64,000 nucleotides of DNA from Anaerolineales bacterium (lineage in GTDB: Bacteria; Chloroflexota; Anaerolineae; Anaerolineales; UBA4823). Of this stretch, positions 46,244 to 56,897 are shown piece after piece (within the stretch, counting starts at the first letter, position 1; each line of letters opens with the position of its first letter). A model generated the notes under the pieces. That model saw only the letters and a list, made by a program, of their open reading frames with translations, made no database searches and was not told the DNA's origin. The stretch covers positions 8,771-72,770 of the forward strand of contig JBFFEL010000005.1 of the NCBI GenBank assembly GCA_041558875.1. The letters run 5' to 3'. Both the position numbers and the translations under genes were made by a program.

Positions 46244-47308
46244 ATGACCGAATTACTTCCCTTTCTAAAATCCCTGATCTCGACCTCTGGTCTCTCTGGT
46301 CATGAAGCACCAGTCCGAGAGCTGATCGAATCTACCTGGCAGCCGCTTACCGATGAATTGAGCGTCAGCCGTCTTGGAAGCCTACACGGATTAAAAAAAG
46401 GCTCTTCCGCTGACCCTCGGCCAACCATCTTGATCGCAGCCCACATGGATGCCATCGGCTTGATGGTCACCAGCATTCAGGATGGGTTTTTGAGGGTGAC
46501 CGAAATCGGGGGATTGGATGCTCGCGTCCTACCAGGGCAGCTGGTAACTGTTCACGGCCGGCGGGACCTGCCAGGAGTGATCGTCCAACCTCCAGCCCAC
46601 CTGCTGCCCCCCGGAGCCAAGGACGGCCCGGTACCGCTCAACCATTTGCTGGTTGACGTTGGATTGAGACCAAGACAGGTTAATCAGCAAGTTCGTAATG
46701 GAGATTTGATCTCCTTCGCCCAAGAGCCAGTCCAAATGCAAGGCGAGACCCTGGCCGGGCGTTCTTTGGATAACCGGGCTTCGGTTGCTGCATTAACCCT
46801 TTGTCTCGACGAACTCCAAACACGCAACCATGCCTGGGATGTTTGGGTAGTGGCCACTTCCCAGGAGGAAGTGACAATGGGCGGTGCAAGAACCTCCGCC
46901 TTCCACCTCCGCCCAGAACTTGCAGTTGCCGTAGACGTTACCTGGGGAAAAAGCCCCAGCACTCCCGATCATAAGACATTCCCCCTGGGCAGAGGCCTCA
47001 CCCTCGGTTGGGGCCCGAACATTCATCCTGGGCTACACGCGTCGTTCAAAAAAGTGGCCGACCAATTCGAGATTCCTTATGCAACAGAAGTGATGCCGCG
47101 TCACTCAGGCACAGATGCCTTTGCACTGCAAGTCGCTGCACACGGGGTCCCAACTATGGTCGTCAGCATCCCACTTCGCTACATGCATACCCCGGTAGAG
47201 ATGGTTGCCTTGAAGGATATCCGCCGCACTGCCCACTTATTGAGCGAGTTCATCTCTCAACTGGATATTGATTACATGGATAAATTAACTTTGGATGAGT
47301 TATCATGA
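46244..47308 (+). CDS. M42-family (TET/FrvX-like) aminopeptidase, paralog 1
   Basis: SGHE..VR near the N-terminus, AHMD.IG and QEEV..GGA metal-ligand motifs, and a C-terminal P.RYMHTP.E. Confidence 0.88.
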   Translation: MTELLPFLKSLISTSGLSGHEAPVRELIESTWQPLTDELSVSRLGSLHGLKKGSSADPRPTILIAAHMDAIGLMVTSIQDGFLRVTEIGGLDARVLPGQLVTVHGRRDLPGVIVQPPAHLLPPGAKDGPVPLNHLLVDVGLRPRQVNQQVRNGDLISFAQEPVQMQGETLAGRSLDNRASVAALTLCLDELQTRNHAWDVWVVATSQEEVTMGGARTSAFHLRPELAVAVDVTWGKSPSTPDHKTFPLGRGLTLGWGPNIHPGLHASFKKVADQFEIPYATEVMPRHSGTDAFALQVAAHGVPTMVVSIPLRYMHTPVEMVALKDIRRTAHLLSEFISQLDIDYMDKLTLDELS

Positions 47309-48408
47309 GCGCTGATTCCACCACAAAGAATCCTGCCCCTAAGATTCGCGCAGCCCAGACCAGGCTGCTCAGACGACTCTGCGAGGCCTGTGCTGTCTCT
47401 GGTGACGAAAGCGAGGTAAGGGCTATCGTGTTGGCGCAGGTGCGCCCGCACGCGGACGATATTCAAGTTGACGCCCTCGGCAATGTGCTCGTCACCAGGC
47501 CTGGACGGGGAAGAAAGAAACGCCTGCGGGTGATGCTCGCGGCCCACATGGACGAAATTGGCTTCATGCTGACCCACCATGATGGGGATGGAATCTTCCG
47601 CTTCGATACTGTTGGTGGTATTGATCCTCGCCAGCTGCCTGGTAAGCCGGTCTGGGTGGGACATGATCACATCCCTGGTGTGATCGGAGCCAAACCTATC
47701 CATCTGACCACCAGCAATGAGCGCAAGAGCACCATCTCAATCGATTCACTCCGCATAGACATTGGCCTTGGCAGCAACACCAAGGTAAAAGTTGGCGATC
47801 GGGCGACTTTTGCCACGAAATTCTCCCGGGTTGGTCCGAGTATCAGGGCAAAAGCCCTGGATGATCGCCTGGGAGTTGCTACCCTGATCGAGTTAGTCAA
47901 ACACGCTCCTGAAAACATAGACCTGTTAGCCGCCTTCACCGTTCAGGAAGAAGTCGGCTTGCGTGGAGCCCAAGTCGCGGCTTATGCATTTAACCCCGAT
48001 GTAGGTATCGCCGTGGATTCGACCCCCGCCATGGATCTACCCACCTGGGAAGGAGCAGGTGAGGGGGGTGAGAACAGCCGCTACAACACTCGCCTGGATG
48101 CTGGTCCTGCAATTTACCTCGCTGACAGTGCTACATTGGCAGATCCGAGGTTGGTACGTCACCTCGTTGATACCGCTGAATCAGCAAACATTCCCTATCA
48201 AATCCGGCAGCCTGGCGGAGGAGGTACGGATGCTGGCGCGATCAGCCGCTCCCGATCTGGGGTGCCCAGTATCTCAGTTTCCATTCCCGGCCGCTACATT
48301 CATACCGCGGCTGGTATCGCTCGTGTTTCCGATTGGAGGAATACCCTGGCCTTATTGCATACCGCTCTATCAACAATGACACCAGATTTACTGGCGATAG
48401 ACAGATAA
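47305..48408 (+). CDS. M42-family aminopeptidase, paralog 2
   Basis: AHMDEIGFM, QEEVGLRGA and IPGRYIHT motifs. The ATG overlaps the stop of paralog 1 (ATGA). Confidence 0.88.
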   Translation: MSADSTTKNPAPKIRAAQTRLLRRLCEACAVSGDESEVRAIVLAQVRPHADDIQVDALGNVLVTRPGRGRKKRLRVMLAAHMDEIGFMLTHHDGDGIFRFDTVGGIDPRQLPGKPVWVGHDHIPGVIGAKPIHLTTSNERKSTISIDSLRIDIGLGSNTKVKVGDRATFATKFSRVGPSIRAKALDDRLGVATLIELVKHAPENIDLLAAFTVQEEVGLRGAQVAAYAFNPDVGIAVDSTPAMDLPTWEGAGEGGENSRYNTRLDAGPAIYLADSATLADPRLVRHLVDTAESANIPYQIRQPGGGGTDAGAISRSRSGVPSISVSIPGRYIHTAAGIARVSDWRNTLALLHTALSTMTPDLLAIDR

Positions 48409-48449
48409 CCGCCTTTTCACACATTTAATAATCCATAATCATTGGAGAT

Positions 48450-49451
48450 ATGATGAAATCCTTAATCCAAGAACTCGTCGAAACAATCAGCCCCTCCGGA
48501 TATGAAGCAAAAGTCCGGGAATTGATCCGAACAAAAATCGAGGCCCTTGCGGACGAAGTCCAGGTTGATGCCCTTGGAAACCTGATTGCTGTAAAAGGAG
48601 GTCACGAATCGAGTGCGAAAAGGATCATGCTGGCAGCCCACATGGATGAGATCGGAATCATCGCCACGCATATCGATGAAGCTGGTTTTGTGCGCTTCAC
48701 CACCATCGGCGGTGTATCCCGGCATACTTGCATAGGTGGTCGGGTGCGTTTCCTTGATGGTACCCAGGGTGTCATCTATTACGAAAAACTGGAGAACACC
48801 AGTTCGCTGCCAACTTTCAGTCAAATGTACATTGATGTCGGAGCCGCCAGCCGTAAAGACTGCCCGGTGCGTGTTGGTGATGTGGCCGCCTTCGATCGTG
48901 ATTTCTCTGCCTATGGGGACCGGTTAGTTTCCAAAGCCATGGATGACCGCATTGGGGTCGCGGTGTTGATCGAGACACTTCGAAAACTCAAAAAATCGCC
49001 CAACCAGGTTTATTTCGTTTTCAGTGTCCAGGAAGAGGTTGGGCTGCGTGGCGCTACTACTGCCGCCTTTGGTCTGGACCCAGATATTGGTATAGCGGTC
49101 GATGTCACCCGTTCTGGCGATACCCCCAAGGGACATAAGATGGATGTCTCCTTGGGTTCAGGCCCGGCCATAAAGGTGCGCGACAGCGGCATGCTCTCCG
49201 ATCCGAAGGTGGTAGATTGGATGGTCAATACGGCCGATGATGCTAAAATACCCTATCAGCTGGAAGTTCTCGAAGGCGGTACGACCGACGCCCGTGCCAT
49301 CCAGCTCACCAGGGCTGGTGTTCCAGCCGGGTGCATCTCGATCCCCTGTCGTTATATCCATGCCCCTTCCGAAATGGTCGATTTCAATGACGTCAAGAAC
49401 GCCATCGAGCTGCTGCTGGAATTGATTTCCCAAGAGGTGAAACTGGGATAA
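48450..49451 (+). CDS. M42-family aminopeptidase, paralog 3
   Basis: SGYE..VR, AHMDEIGII, QEEVGLRGA and IPCRYIHAPSE motifs. Confidence 0.88.
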   Translation: MMKSLIQELVETISPSGYEAKVRELIRTKIEALADEVQVDALGNLIAVKGGHESSAKRIMLAAHMDEIGIIATHIDEAGFVRFTTIGGVSRHTCIGGRVRFLDGTQGVIYYEKLENTSSLPTFSQMYIDVGAASRKDCPVRVGDVAAFDRDFSAYGDRLVSKAMDDRIGVAVLIETLRKLKKSPNQVYFVFSVQEEVGLRGATTAAFGLDPDIGIAVDVTRSGDTPKGHKMDVSLGSGPAIKVRDSGMLSDPKVVDWMVNTADDAKIPYQLEVLEGGTTDARAIQLTRAGVPAGCISIPCRYIHAPSEMVDFNDVKNAIELLLELISQEVKLG

Positions 49452-49484
49452 GCCTCTTCACCAACGTCTCAAGGTTCTAACCCG

Positions 49485-50762
49485 ATGAAACAAATCCTGG
49501 TCGGCTTAGTATTAATAGCCATTGCCCTGGCAAGCTGCACTCCCGCACCTGTCTTGGACGAGGATTCAACACCTTTACCCCCTCAAACGCCCACCTCAAC
49601 CCCCATATCGACATCAGAAAGCACACCCCCTGCTTCCGGACCAACCGTGTTGCGCATCTGGGTTCCACCGCAGTTTGATCCCGAAGGTGATTCACCCGCC
49701 AGTGACCTGCTCAAACAGCGTCTTGACTCTTACACTGCCGAGAGACCTGACCTGCGCATCGAGACCCGGGTCAAGGCCTCCAGCGGGACTGGCGGTTTGC
49801 TCGATTCGCTGAGTTCTGCCAATGCCGCCGCCCCATTGGCAGTGCCGGATCTGATTCTTCTTCCCCGCGCCAGCCTGGAGATCGCCGCGCTCAAAGGATT
49901 GCTTTTTCCCTTTGACGGGTTAACCGACCCCCTCGATGATAGCGATTGGTACCCCTACGCGCAAGAATTAGGCCAGATCCAGACCAGCACCTTCGGGTTG
50001 CCTTTCGCTGGTGATGCTCTGGTTTCTCTTTACCGGCCCTCAGAAATTGAAATTCATCCTGCTGATTGGTCCATTGCGCTTGAAGCAGGTCACCCAATCG
50101 CTTTTCCAGCTGCTGAGCCTAGTGCGATATTCCCTCTGGCACAATACCTGTCCACCGGTGGCCAAATCCAGGATGCTGATGGACGTCCTTTGTTGGAAAG
50201 CACGCCATTAACCGAAATGCTCAGCTTCTTCAGAGATGCAGAAGCAGCTGGGGTGATGCCCTTCTGGTTGACCCAATTCACGGATGATGGACAATCCTGG
50301 GAGGCATATACTGAAAACCAGGTTAATTCTGTCGTCACCTGGATCAACCGCTATCTGAGCACGCTTCCAGGTGATACTGCGGCTGCTCCCATAATTACCC
50401 AAACCGGGACACCGTTAACTCTGGCTGATGGTTGGGTATGGGCGCTATCCAATCCTCAGACCGAAAGACATGCGCTGAGTGTGGATTTAGCCGAATACCT
50501 CACCGATGGCGAATTCCTCTCCGAATGGTCACAGGCCGCTGGTTATCTTCCCCCACGCCAATCGGCCTTGGAAGGGTGGACCAATGTTGCCCTGCGCGAA
50601 CTCGTAGAAAGGATCATCCTTTCTGCCCAGATAATCCCTCCCAATGATGTTATGGCAGCGATTGGCCCGGCGCTCAGCCAGGCCACTATCGATGTTTTAA
50701 AGCAGCAATCCTCCCCAGTCTCGGCGGCCAACGATGCCATCGCAAGCCTGGAAAGCCCCTAA
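49485..50762 (+). CDS. Extracellular solute-binding lipoprotein (ABC-transporter SBP family 1-like)
   Basis: Lipobox IALASCTP and a PT/S-rich linker. The ~400 aa size and periplasmic-binding-protein-like composition fit an SBP. No adjacent permease genes. Confidence 0.7.
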   Translation: MKQILVGLVLIAIALASCTPAPVLDEDSTPLPPQTPTSTPISTSESTPPASGPTVLRIWVPPQFDPEGDSPASDLLKQRLDSYTAERPDLRIETRVKASSGTGGLLDSLSSANAAAPLAVPDLILLPRASLEIAALKGLLFPFDGLTDPLDDSDWYPYAQELGQIQTSTFGLPFAGDALVSLYRPSEIEIHPADWSIALEAGHPIAFPAAEPSAIFPLAQYLSTGGQIQDADGRPLLESTPLTEMLSFFRDAEAAGVMPFWLTQFTDDGQSWEAYTENQVNSVVTWINRYLSTLPGDTAAAPIITQTGTPLTLADGWVWALSNPQTERHALSVDLAEYLTDGEFLSEWSQAAGYLPPRQSALEGWTNVALRELVERIILSAQIIPPNDVMAAIGPALSQATIDVLKQQSSPVSAANDAIASLESP

Positions 50763-50863
50763 TCCCCCTTATTTGAGAGCCCATTTCACACTTAACTACC
50801 ATTAATCAGAACTGTTGACGAATTAGGTGGGGAGTGTTATTATGCGGTCCGGAGACATTTTGC

Positions 50864-52117
50864 ATGGATGATGATTCACTCCCTGAAGAGCTCCAGGACC
50901 CTTCCGAGGAGCTCTTTCCGACAAACGAAGACAAAAACCTTGATACGGCCCCACAAGTAGAGCCTGAATCAGAATCTACCCAAGAGAGCCGTTTTTTCAT
51001 GCTGGTGGAGAATCTTTCTCAACTAGGTATCGCCGATTCTGTGCTCCGCCTGGGGACCCACATGCTCTTTATCGCCCTTGCGCTGCTGGTCGTATGGGCG
51101 ATGCGGGTGTATTATTTGAATATCCAGATGCCGGAAACACCCCAACAAGCCGCTCAGGCAGCAGTTCTGTCCACCCCTACTCCTACCTATATAATGCCAG
51201 ATCTGCCACCTTTATCCATTGATGGTGATATTTATCAGGCTGGTATCCCCCGCCTGGCGCAAGTGCACACAACCATCCCAACCCGGCCAAGGACGGAAGT
51301 GATCACATATGTCGTTGAGGCTGGCGATACGGTGTTTGGCATTGCAGAAATGTTCGGATTAAAACCGGAGACCATTCTCTGGGGCAACTACCTGATCCTT
51401 GCTGATAACCCCCATGCTCTTGTCGAGGGCCAGGAATTAAACATCTTGCCTATTGATGGAACATATCACAGGTGGTCGGCAGGTGAAGGTTTGAACGGGG
51501 TCTCTCAAGGCTATAGTGTCATCCCGGAGGATATCATCAATTGGGAGGGCAATAATTTAAGTCTGGAAACCCTCGGTGATTTTGCGAACCCAAATATTGA
51601 GCCTGGGACTTTTTTAGTTGTTCCCGGTGGTTCAAGGCAATTTGTCACCTGGAGTGCGCCTAAGATCACCAGGTCAAATCCTGGAGTTGCTAAATTTATC
51701 GGTCCTGGCGCCTGCGGCACTATCGTGGATGGAGCTGTAGGTACAGGTGCATTCGTCTGGCCAAGCGGAAACCATTTCCTCTCCGGATATGATTACTCAC
51801 CTTCGACAAACCATTTCGCTATAGACATTGATGGCGATCTCGGTGAGCCCATGTGGGCTTCAGACAGTGGTGTTGTGGTCTATGCAGGGTGGAACAATTT
51901 CGGCTATGGGAATATGGTTGTCATCGATCATGGAAATGGCTGGCAGACTGCCTACGCCCACATGCAGGTGATCACCGTCGGCTGCGGTCAGAGTGTTTTC
52001 CAGGGCACCCCGATCGGGACGATCGGCAGTACCGGTAAATCAAGCGGTCCACACATCCATTATGAGATGCTGCATGACAACTACGGCAAGGTCAATCCCT
52101 GGGATTTCCTGCCATAG
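50864..52117 (+). CDS. LysM-domain M23 metallopeptidase (membrane-anchored)
   Basis: LysM domain: YVVEAGDTVFGIAEMFGLKPETILWGN. M23 domain: HFAIDIDG...VVIDHGNGWQTAYAHM...GSTGKSSGPHIHYE. ATG 50864 has GGAGA 9 nt upstream. Confidence 0.85.
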   Translation: MDDDSLPEELQDPSEELFPTNEDKNLDTAPQVEPESESTQESRFFMLVENLSQLGIADSVLRLGTHMLFIALALLVVWAMRVYYLNIQMPETPQQAAQAAVLSTPTPTYIMPDLPPLSIDGDIYQAGIPRLAQVHTTIPTRPRTEVITYVVEAGDTVFGIAEMFGLKPETILWGNYLILADNPHALVEGQELNILPIDGTYHRWSAGEGLNGVSQGYSVIPEDIINWEGNNLSLETLGDFANPNIEPGTFLVVPGGSRQFVTWSAPKITRSNPGVAKFIGPGACGTIVDGAVGTGAFVWPSGNHFLSGYDYSPSTNHFAIDIDGDLGEPMWASDSGVVVYAGWNNFGYGNMVVIDHGNGWQTAYAHMQVITVGCGQSVFQGTPIGTIGSTGKSSGPHIHYEMLHDNYGKVNPWDFLP

Positions 52118-52320
52118 CCCATTTTGCCCCAAGAAGAATATTCTGCAGTCTAGCCTTGTCCCGCCAGGTTTTTGGTCGGGACCCCTTGTGGGCGTTCAAA
52201 CCTCAATTCTATGTGTGCTCACCCCCTCGCAAATCCATCAGTCGTAGAGGCGAACCTTCTGGTATTTTTCAATCAGGATGGAATCAACTTCTGGGGTGCG
52301 TCGTTCAATGCGACCCTGAA

Positions 52321-53604
52321 TCACAACCCCGCCGCCAGGAATGGGACCAGCATCTCGTCTGCTGACAACCCACCATGCCGCCCCTCTAAATGATCCCTTC
52401 CCTTCGACCACCACCAATATGCATTCCCACGCGCGACCACGATCAGATCACCCATTCGATCAAATAATCGCGGATGGGGTTCACCAATCCCGAATAAACC
52501 CGCTTCGACTGCAAGTACTGGATCCAAAAAGGCGAATTGTCCCGGCCAGGTCCTTTCAATATACTCCCGAGCTGCTTCCCCTTGTCCGGGGCGCAGATAT
52601 AGAAACGCCAGCCGGTTTTCCCCGGTTGGCATGATATGAAGGCGGCGGGTGAGACCTGGATGATTGCTTAAATCGTAGTGTGGATCTGGCTGGGTATTGA
52701 TCTGGCCGTGGTCCGCCATCAGGATCAGCAATGTATCGGTCCGGATTGCTGGATTCAGCTGATCCAGGAACAAAGATCCAAGTTGATCCGAGAAATTGAC
52801 CAGCTCGTTCATTGTTCGTTCGTCATCCGGCCCGTAATTATGAGAAAAATAATCCACCTCCCCCCAATAAACCCAAACAAATTTCTGTTCATCAGGGTTG
52901 TTTTTCAAAAGACTCCTCAGGTTTGACCACAAATCAGATTGTGAACGGAAGGGACTCACATTTACGTCCTGGAGCAGCATGCGTGATAATCCTGAACGGG
53001 CGATGCTCTGATGCTGAAATCCATGCGATTCAATGCCGTGCTTGGACAAATGAGTGCCCAGCAAGGTTGGTCGGATAAATGATTCTGGTTCAAATCCAGT
53101 TTTTTCCAGGCTTCCCGCCCCTCCCCGAAAACTCATCGGCGCCTGGAGGATGGAGTTAACTACCATCCCATATTCCTTCATCCACATCTCGTAACCGACA
53201 ATACCGTGTTCGATCGCCCCAGTACCAGTCCACAAGCTGGTGAGCGCTGCAGCCGTTGTGCTGGGTGTAATTGAAGTGAGTGGTGCCAGGATTCCACCTT
53301 CGATCAGCTTTTCCCAAACCGGGATTTTGCCAGTGTTCAACAATTTGGTAAACAGATTTAGTGAGAGTGCATCCATCAAGATCAAGATCACATTTTGGTA
53401 TTGTCCCTGCAGAGATGTGGTAAGTTGCGCTGCTAGGGGAGGCGCACCGATGGTAGGAACCCCTAACCAGAGACAAATGCTGGCAGGCACATTTACCAGC
53501 GAGCGACCCTCATAATCTGGATAAACATAATCTCCGCCCAGGTTAAAGCCGGGCAGCCTGTGCGCTCGCATGTCAGGTAGTAACTGTTCAGTTAGATCTG
53601 GCAT
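52321..53604 (-). CDS. Alkaline-phosphatase-superfamily protein (type I phosphodiesterase/nucleotide pyrophosphatase-like)
   Basis: ILMDALS...PSTTAAALTSLWTG (metal/nucleophile region) and a later ADHG motif. Confidence 0.75.
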   Translation of the reverse strand: MPDLTEQLLPDMRAHRLPGFNLGGDYVYPDYEGRSLVNVPASICLWLGVPTIGAPPLAAQLTTSLQGQYQNVILILMDALSLNLFTKLLNTGKIPVWEKLIEGGILAPLTSITPSTTAAALTSLWTGTGAIEHGIVGYEMWMKEYGMVVNSILQAPMSFRGGAGSLEKTGFEPESFIRPTLLGTHLSKHGIESHGFQHQSIARSGLSRMLLQDVNVSPFRSQSDLWSNLRSLLKNNPDEQKFVWVYWGEVDYFSHNYGPDDERTMNELVNFSDQLGSLFLDQLNPAIRTDTLLILMADHGQINTQPDPHYDLSNHPGLTRRLHIMPTGENRLAFLYLRPGQGEAAREYIERTWPGQFAFLDPVLAVEAGLFGIGEPHPRLFDRMGDLIVVARGNAYWWWSKGRDHLEGRHGGLSADEMLVPFLAAGL

Positions 53605-53682
53605 ATTGACTATTCAGGGAATCTTATCAGGACAGCTTTGATATAATCGCATGGCGCACCTGGTCTTCAAAATATGCTCTAG

Positions 53683-55224
53683 ATGAAGTGTACATGGTTC
53701 GTAAAGGTGATTTTGGTGAATATCGCAATATTGACGCAGTCTATACAAACCACCAGGGATTATATTACCTCATTAAAGTGGGGCTCACTTAACTGCTCGG
53801 TCCGCTTGCTGGTAATTTCTGTTTCGATAATCTTCTTGGCAGCCTGCAGTAGTGAACCACCCCCGACACTAACCGAGGTGATCGAAACCCTGGAAATAAC
53901 GCCGAGTCCCACCAGCACGGCCACCCAAATCCCACCGACACCCACAGTTACCCCCCAACCAACTTCGTCGTTGGGGTTAAAGCCCTCTGATTTAAATGGC
54001 GTCAAGGTAACTTTTTGGCACCCCTGGTCTGGTGAAACCGAAAAAGCTGTCCAGGAGTCAATAGCTGAGTTTAACGCTTCAAATGAATTTGGCCTGACTG
54101 TCGAGGGCATTTCTAAGGGGACGATCGATGCCCTATATGAGATGATTGACTCTGCCGAAGCAGCCTCCGTTCTCCCGAACCTCGCCCTCGGTGCGAATTA
54201 CCAGATCCAATCCTGGATCAGCGCGGGAGAACCAGTAACCAGTTTGAACACCTTTGTTGATGATCCAGAGTGGGGTCTGAGCGCGGAGGAGCTGTCGGAT
54301 TTTTATCCCGTCTTCCTCGAACAAGATGTCAATGAACAAATTCGTTTCGGATTCCCGGCCATCCGCACGGCTCCGCTGATATTCTACAACTCTAGCTGGG
54401 GGAAAGAATTAGGGTTTTCCTCACCACCCAGTAGCACGGATGAATTCATGGAACAGGCTTGTGCTGCTGCTCTTGCCAACAACCGCAATGATCTTCCAGA
54501 AGATGATGGTACCGGCGGTTGGTTGATCGACACGACTCCATCGGGTGTACTGAGCTGGATCTATGCCTTTGGCAGTTCCGTCACCCTTCCGGATGGCAGC
54601 GGCTACCAATTCGACTCGCCCCAAACCGCTGATTCCTTCCAATTTCTCAAGGATCTTTTCGATCAGGGCTGTGCCTGGGAGCTGCTTGAATCCTCTGCTG
54701 AAGTCGAATTTGCGAATCGAAGAGCGCTGTTCATTACCAACTCCCTGGGGGATGTAGATGATCAGCGAGAAGAACTGGAGCTCGCGGACAACAATGATCT
54801 CTGGACCGTGATGGGCTTCCCCACCCCATCCGGAGAGGCAGTCATTGATGTCTATGGCCCATCATTTGTCATCTTCGCTGGCACACCAGAAGAAAATTTG
54901 GCCTCCTGGTTGGTTATCAAATGGCTTAGCACTCCGGAACAGGCAGCGAAAATCGCAGCTGCCCGGGGCACCTTCCCAACTCGGGCTTCCGCGCTGGAAT
55001 CCCTTGATTCTTTTGCCCGTGGAAATCCCCAATGGGCTGCCGCTCAGGAATTGCTGGCCGTCGCCCAGCCAGAACCAGGGTTTGAATCATGGAACGCGGT
55101 TCGCTGGATCTTAGGCGATGTCGGTACACAGCTCTTCCGCTATTACTTTACTCCCGAAAGAATTCCCGCCACCTTAGAGCTGATGGATGAAACGGCCATA
55201 GAGCTGCACGAGCTCACCAACTAA
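53683..55224 (+). CDS. Extracellular solute-binding lipoprotein (ABC-transporter SBP)
   Basis: Lipobox IFLAACSS followed by a PT-rich linker and an SBP-like body. The true start is probably downstream of 53683 (no RBS there) but cannot be fixed by eye. Confidence 0.7.
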   Translation: MKCTWFVKVILVNIAILTQSIQTTRDYITSLKWGSLNCSVRLLVISVSIIFLAACSSEPPPTLTEVIETLEITPSPTSTATQIPPTPTVTPQPTSSLGLKPSDLNGVKVTFWHPWSGETEKAVQESIAEFNASNEFGLTVEGISKGTIDALYEMIDSAEAASVLPNLALGANYQIQSWISAGEPVTSLNTFVDDPEWGLSAEELSDFYPVFLEQDVNEQIRFGFPAIRTAPLIFYNSSWGKELGFSSPPSSTDEFMEQACAAALANNRNDLPEDDGTGGWLIDTTPSGVLSWIYAFGSSVTLPDGSGYQFDSPQTADSFQFLKDLFDQGCAWELLESSAEVEFANRRALFITNSLGDVDDQREELELADNNDLWTVMGFPTPSGEAVIDVYGPSFVIFAGTPEENLASWLVIKWLSTPEQAAKIAAARGTFPTRASALESLDSFARGNPQWAAAQELLAVAQPEPGFESWNAVRWILGDVGTQLFRYYFTPERIPATLELMDETAIELHELTN

Positions 55225-55298
55225 TCTAGGACACTAACTGGGTCTCTAAAAAATGAGAGAGCAGCCACAAAATTCAGAGAGGTGAAAGAAGATTAATC

Positions 55299-55736
55299 AT
55301 GACAGAAAGGCAGCAGGTGACAATTTATACGGATGGCGCCTGCGACCCCAATCCTGGACCGGGAGGTTGGGCGGCTTTGTTGATCTACGCCAGCCAGGAA
55401 GTTATTCTCTCAGGTTCTGAATCCGACACGACCAACAATCGCATGGAATTGACCGCTGCCATCCAGGCCTTGGGAGGCCTGAAAGAATCCAGCCAGGTCG
55501 ATTTCTATACCGATTCGCAATATTTAAAAATGGGCATCACAGAGTGGATCCCGAATTGGAAAGCCCGTAATTGGCGTCGAAAAGGGGGCAAATTGGCTAA
55601 TGTCGACCTGTGGCAGGCGCTCGATAAAGCCATTCAGGCCCATGAAATTAATTGGCATTGGGTCAAGGGTCATGCTGGTGACCGCAATAACCAGCGCGTG
55701 GATTATCTCGCCCGCCAATCCATCCAAAGCAATTAA
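55299..55736 (+). CDS. rnhA: Ribonuclease HI
   Basis: The motifs are IYTDGAC..NPGPGGW, TNNRMEL, TDSQY and W.WVKGHAGD..N...D.LA. Confidence 0.92.
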   Translation: MTERQQVTIYTDGACDPNPGPGGWAALLIYASQEVILSGSESDTTNNRMELTAAIQALGGLKESSQVDFYTDSQYLKMGITEWIPNWKARNWRRKGGKLANVDLWQALDKAIQAHEINWHWVKGHAGDRNNQRVDYLARQSIQSN

Positions 55737-55872
55737 CAATCTTGCTAGGGGGACTTTTTTCCTATTGCTCCTTTAATAAATACTTAGCATACTTTAATCG
55801 CTGAGATCGTCGTTTTAGAGCATAATACGGCGGTTTTTGTAATTATCTTGTGTGTTGGTGAATAAGGGAAAT

Positions 55873-56868
55873 ATGAAAAATATCTTTACTAGCATTGGCT
55901 TCTTCCTGCTCATCTTGAGCTTATTCAGTTCTGCGCAGCCCGCTTCGGCTGATAGCGGTGTGATCGGAACACCGCCAGAACTACCAGATCCGGCAGTCCC
56001 TACCCCTTTGTATTCAGGTTGTGATTGTCAGACAGTGAATACTTCCAATTTGGGGTTCGAACAGCAGGTCATCGATTTAGTCAACCAGGAACGAACGAGT
56101 CGCGGCCTCAACCCACTGATCCGCTCTGAGGGACTTACTAGTGCCGCTCGCTACCAGGCTGCGGACATGAGTCAGGACAATTATTTCAGTCATGACACCT
56201 TCGATCGAGAGGGTGATAATTTGGTCAAGAAGTGCGGACCTTGGGAAAGAATCGCCAACTATTATTCCGGCGCCAATGGTGAGAATGCTGCCGCTGGCTA
56301 TAGTTCTCCGCAGGCAGTTATGAATGCCTGGATGAACAGCAGTGGGCATCGCTCAAATATCCTTAACCCCAGTACTGTGTCAATCGGGGTCGGATTCTAT
56401 CAGGGTAGCGGAGATTATCGATACTATTGGGTGCAGGACTTTGGGACAAATGTCGAAACTACCTCTGTCATAGCCTCGGGCTTTCTTCCTGAGAATCTGA
56501 CCTTCATGTACAGCATCCCTGACCAAAAGCTCTACCCCTCACACAAGGAAATCTTAACCCCCAGTTTCAACAACGCGGATTCATTATCCTGGCAGGTCTC
56601 ACAAAGCGGGTCTTTCTTCTCAGTCGTTCCAGGAAATGGGACCGCACCGACACAAATTCATGTAACACCAGAAGATTTCAACAACTACCAGGCAGATACT
56701 TACACAGGTTCTCTCACCCTCGATTTCAACGAACCGGAACTGCTTGCTGATTCGACCCAAACCATCCAAATCAACTTGCAGGTAGTAAATTCATCAGTGC
56801 ATCAAGTTTTTCTGCCTGGGATTCTTAAACTGGATAACTCACAGCTGAAGGCATGTCCTTCACCCTAA
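55873..56868 (+). CDS. Secreted CAP/SCP/PR1-like domain protein with C-terminal Ig-like extension
   Basis: Signal peptide MKNIFTSIGFFLLILSLFSSAQPASA. CAP core: LVNQERTSRGL..L.....L..AAR..A.DM....YFSH......GEN.A.G..S...V...WMNS.GHR.NIL. Confidence 0.8.
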   Translation: MKNIFTSIGFFLLILSLFSSAQPASADSGVIGTPPELPDPAVPTPLYSGCDCQTVNTSNLGFEQQVIDLVNQERTSRGLNPLIRSEGLTSAARYQAADMSQDNYFSHDTFDREGDNLVKKCGPWERIANYYSGANGENAAAGYSSPQAVMNAWMNSSGHRSNILNPSTVSIGVGFYQGSGDYRYYWVQDFGTNVETTSVIASGFLPENLTFMYSIPDQKLYPSHKEILTPSFNNADSLSWQVSQSGSFFSVVPGNGTAPTQIHVTPEDFNNYQADTYTGSLTLDFNEPELLADSTQTIQINLQVVNSSVHQVFLPGILKLDNSQLKACPSP

Positions 56869-56897
56869 GTTTGGGTTGTTCCTTATAACCTTTTTAA

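Noticed and set aside
52238-52324. 28-codon ORF (VIQGRIERRTPEVDSILIEKYQKVRLYD) starting with a GTG that overlaps the stop of the AP-superfamily gene.
   Set aside because: The composition looks protein-like. However, the start is non-ATG, there is only a weak G-rich stretch as an RBS, and no family is recognised, so I cannot distinguish it from chance. It is worth a tblastn check only.
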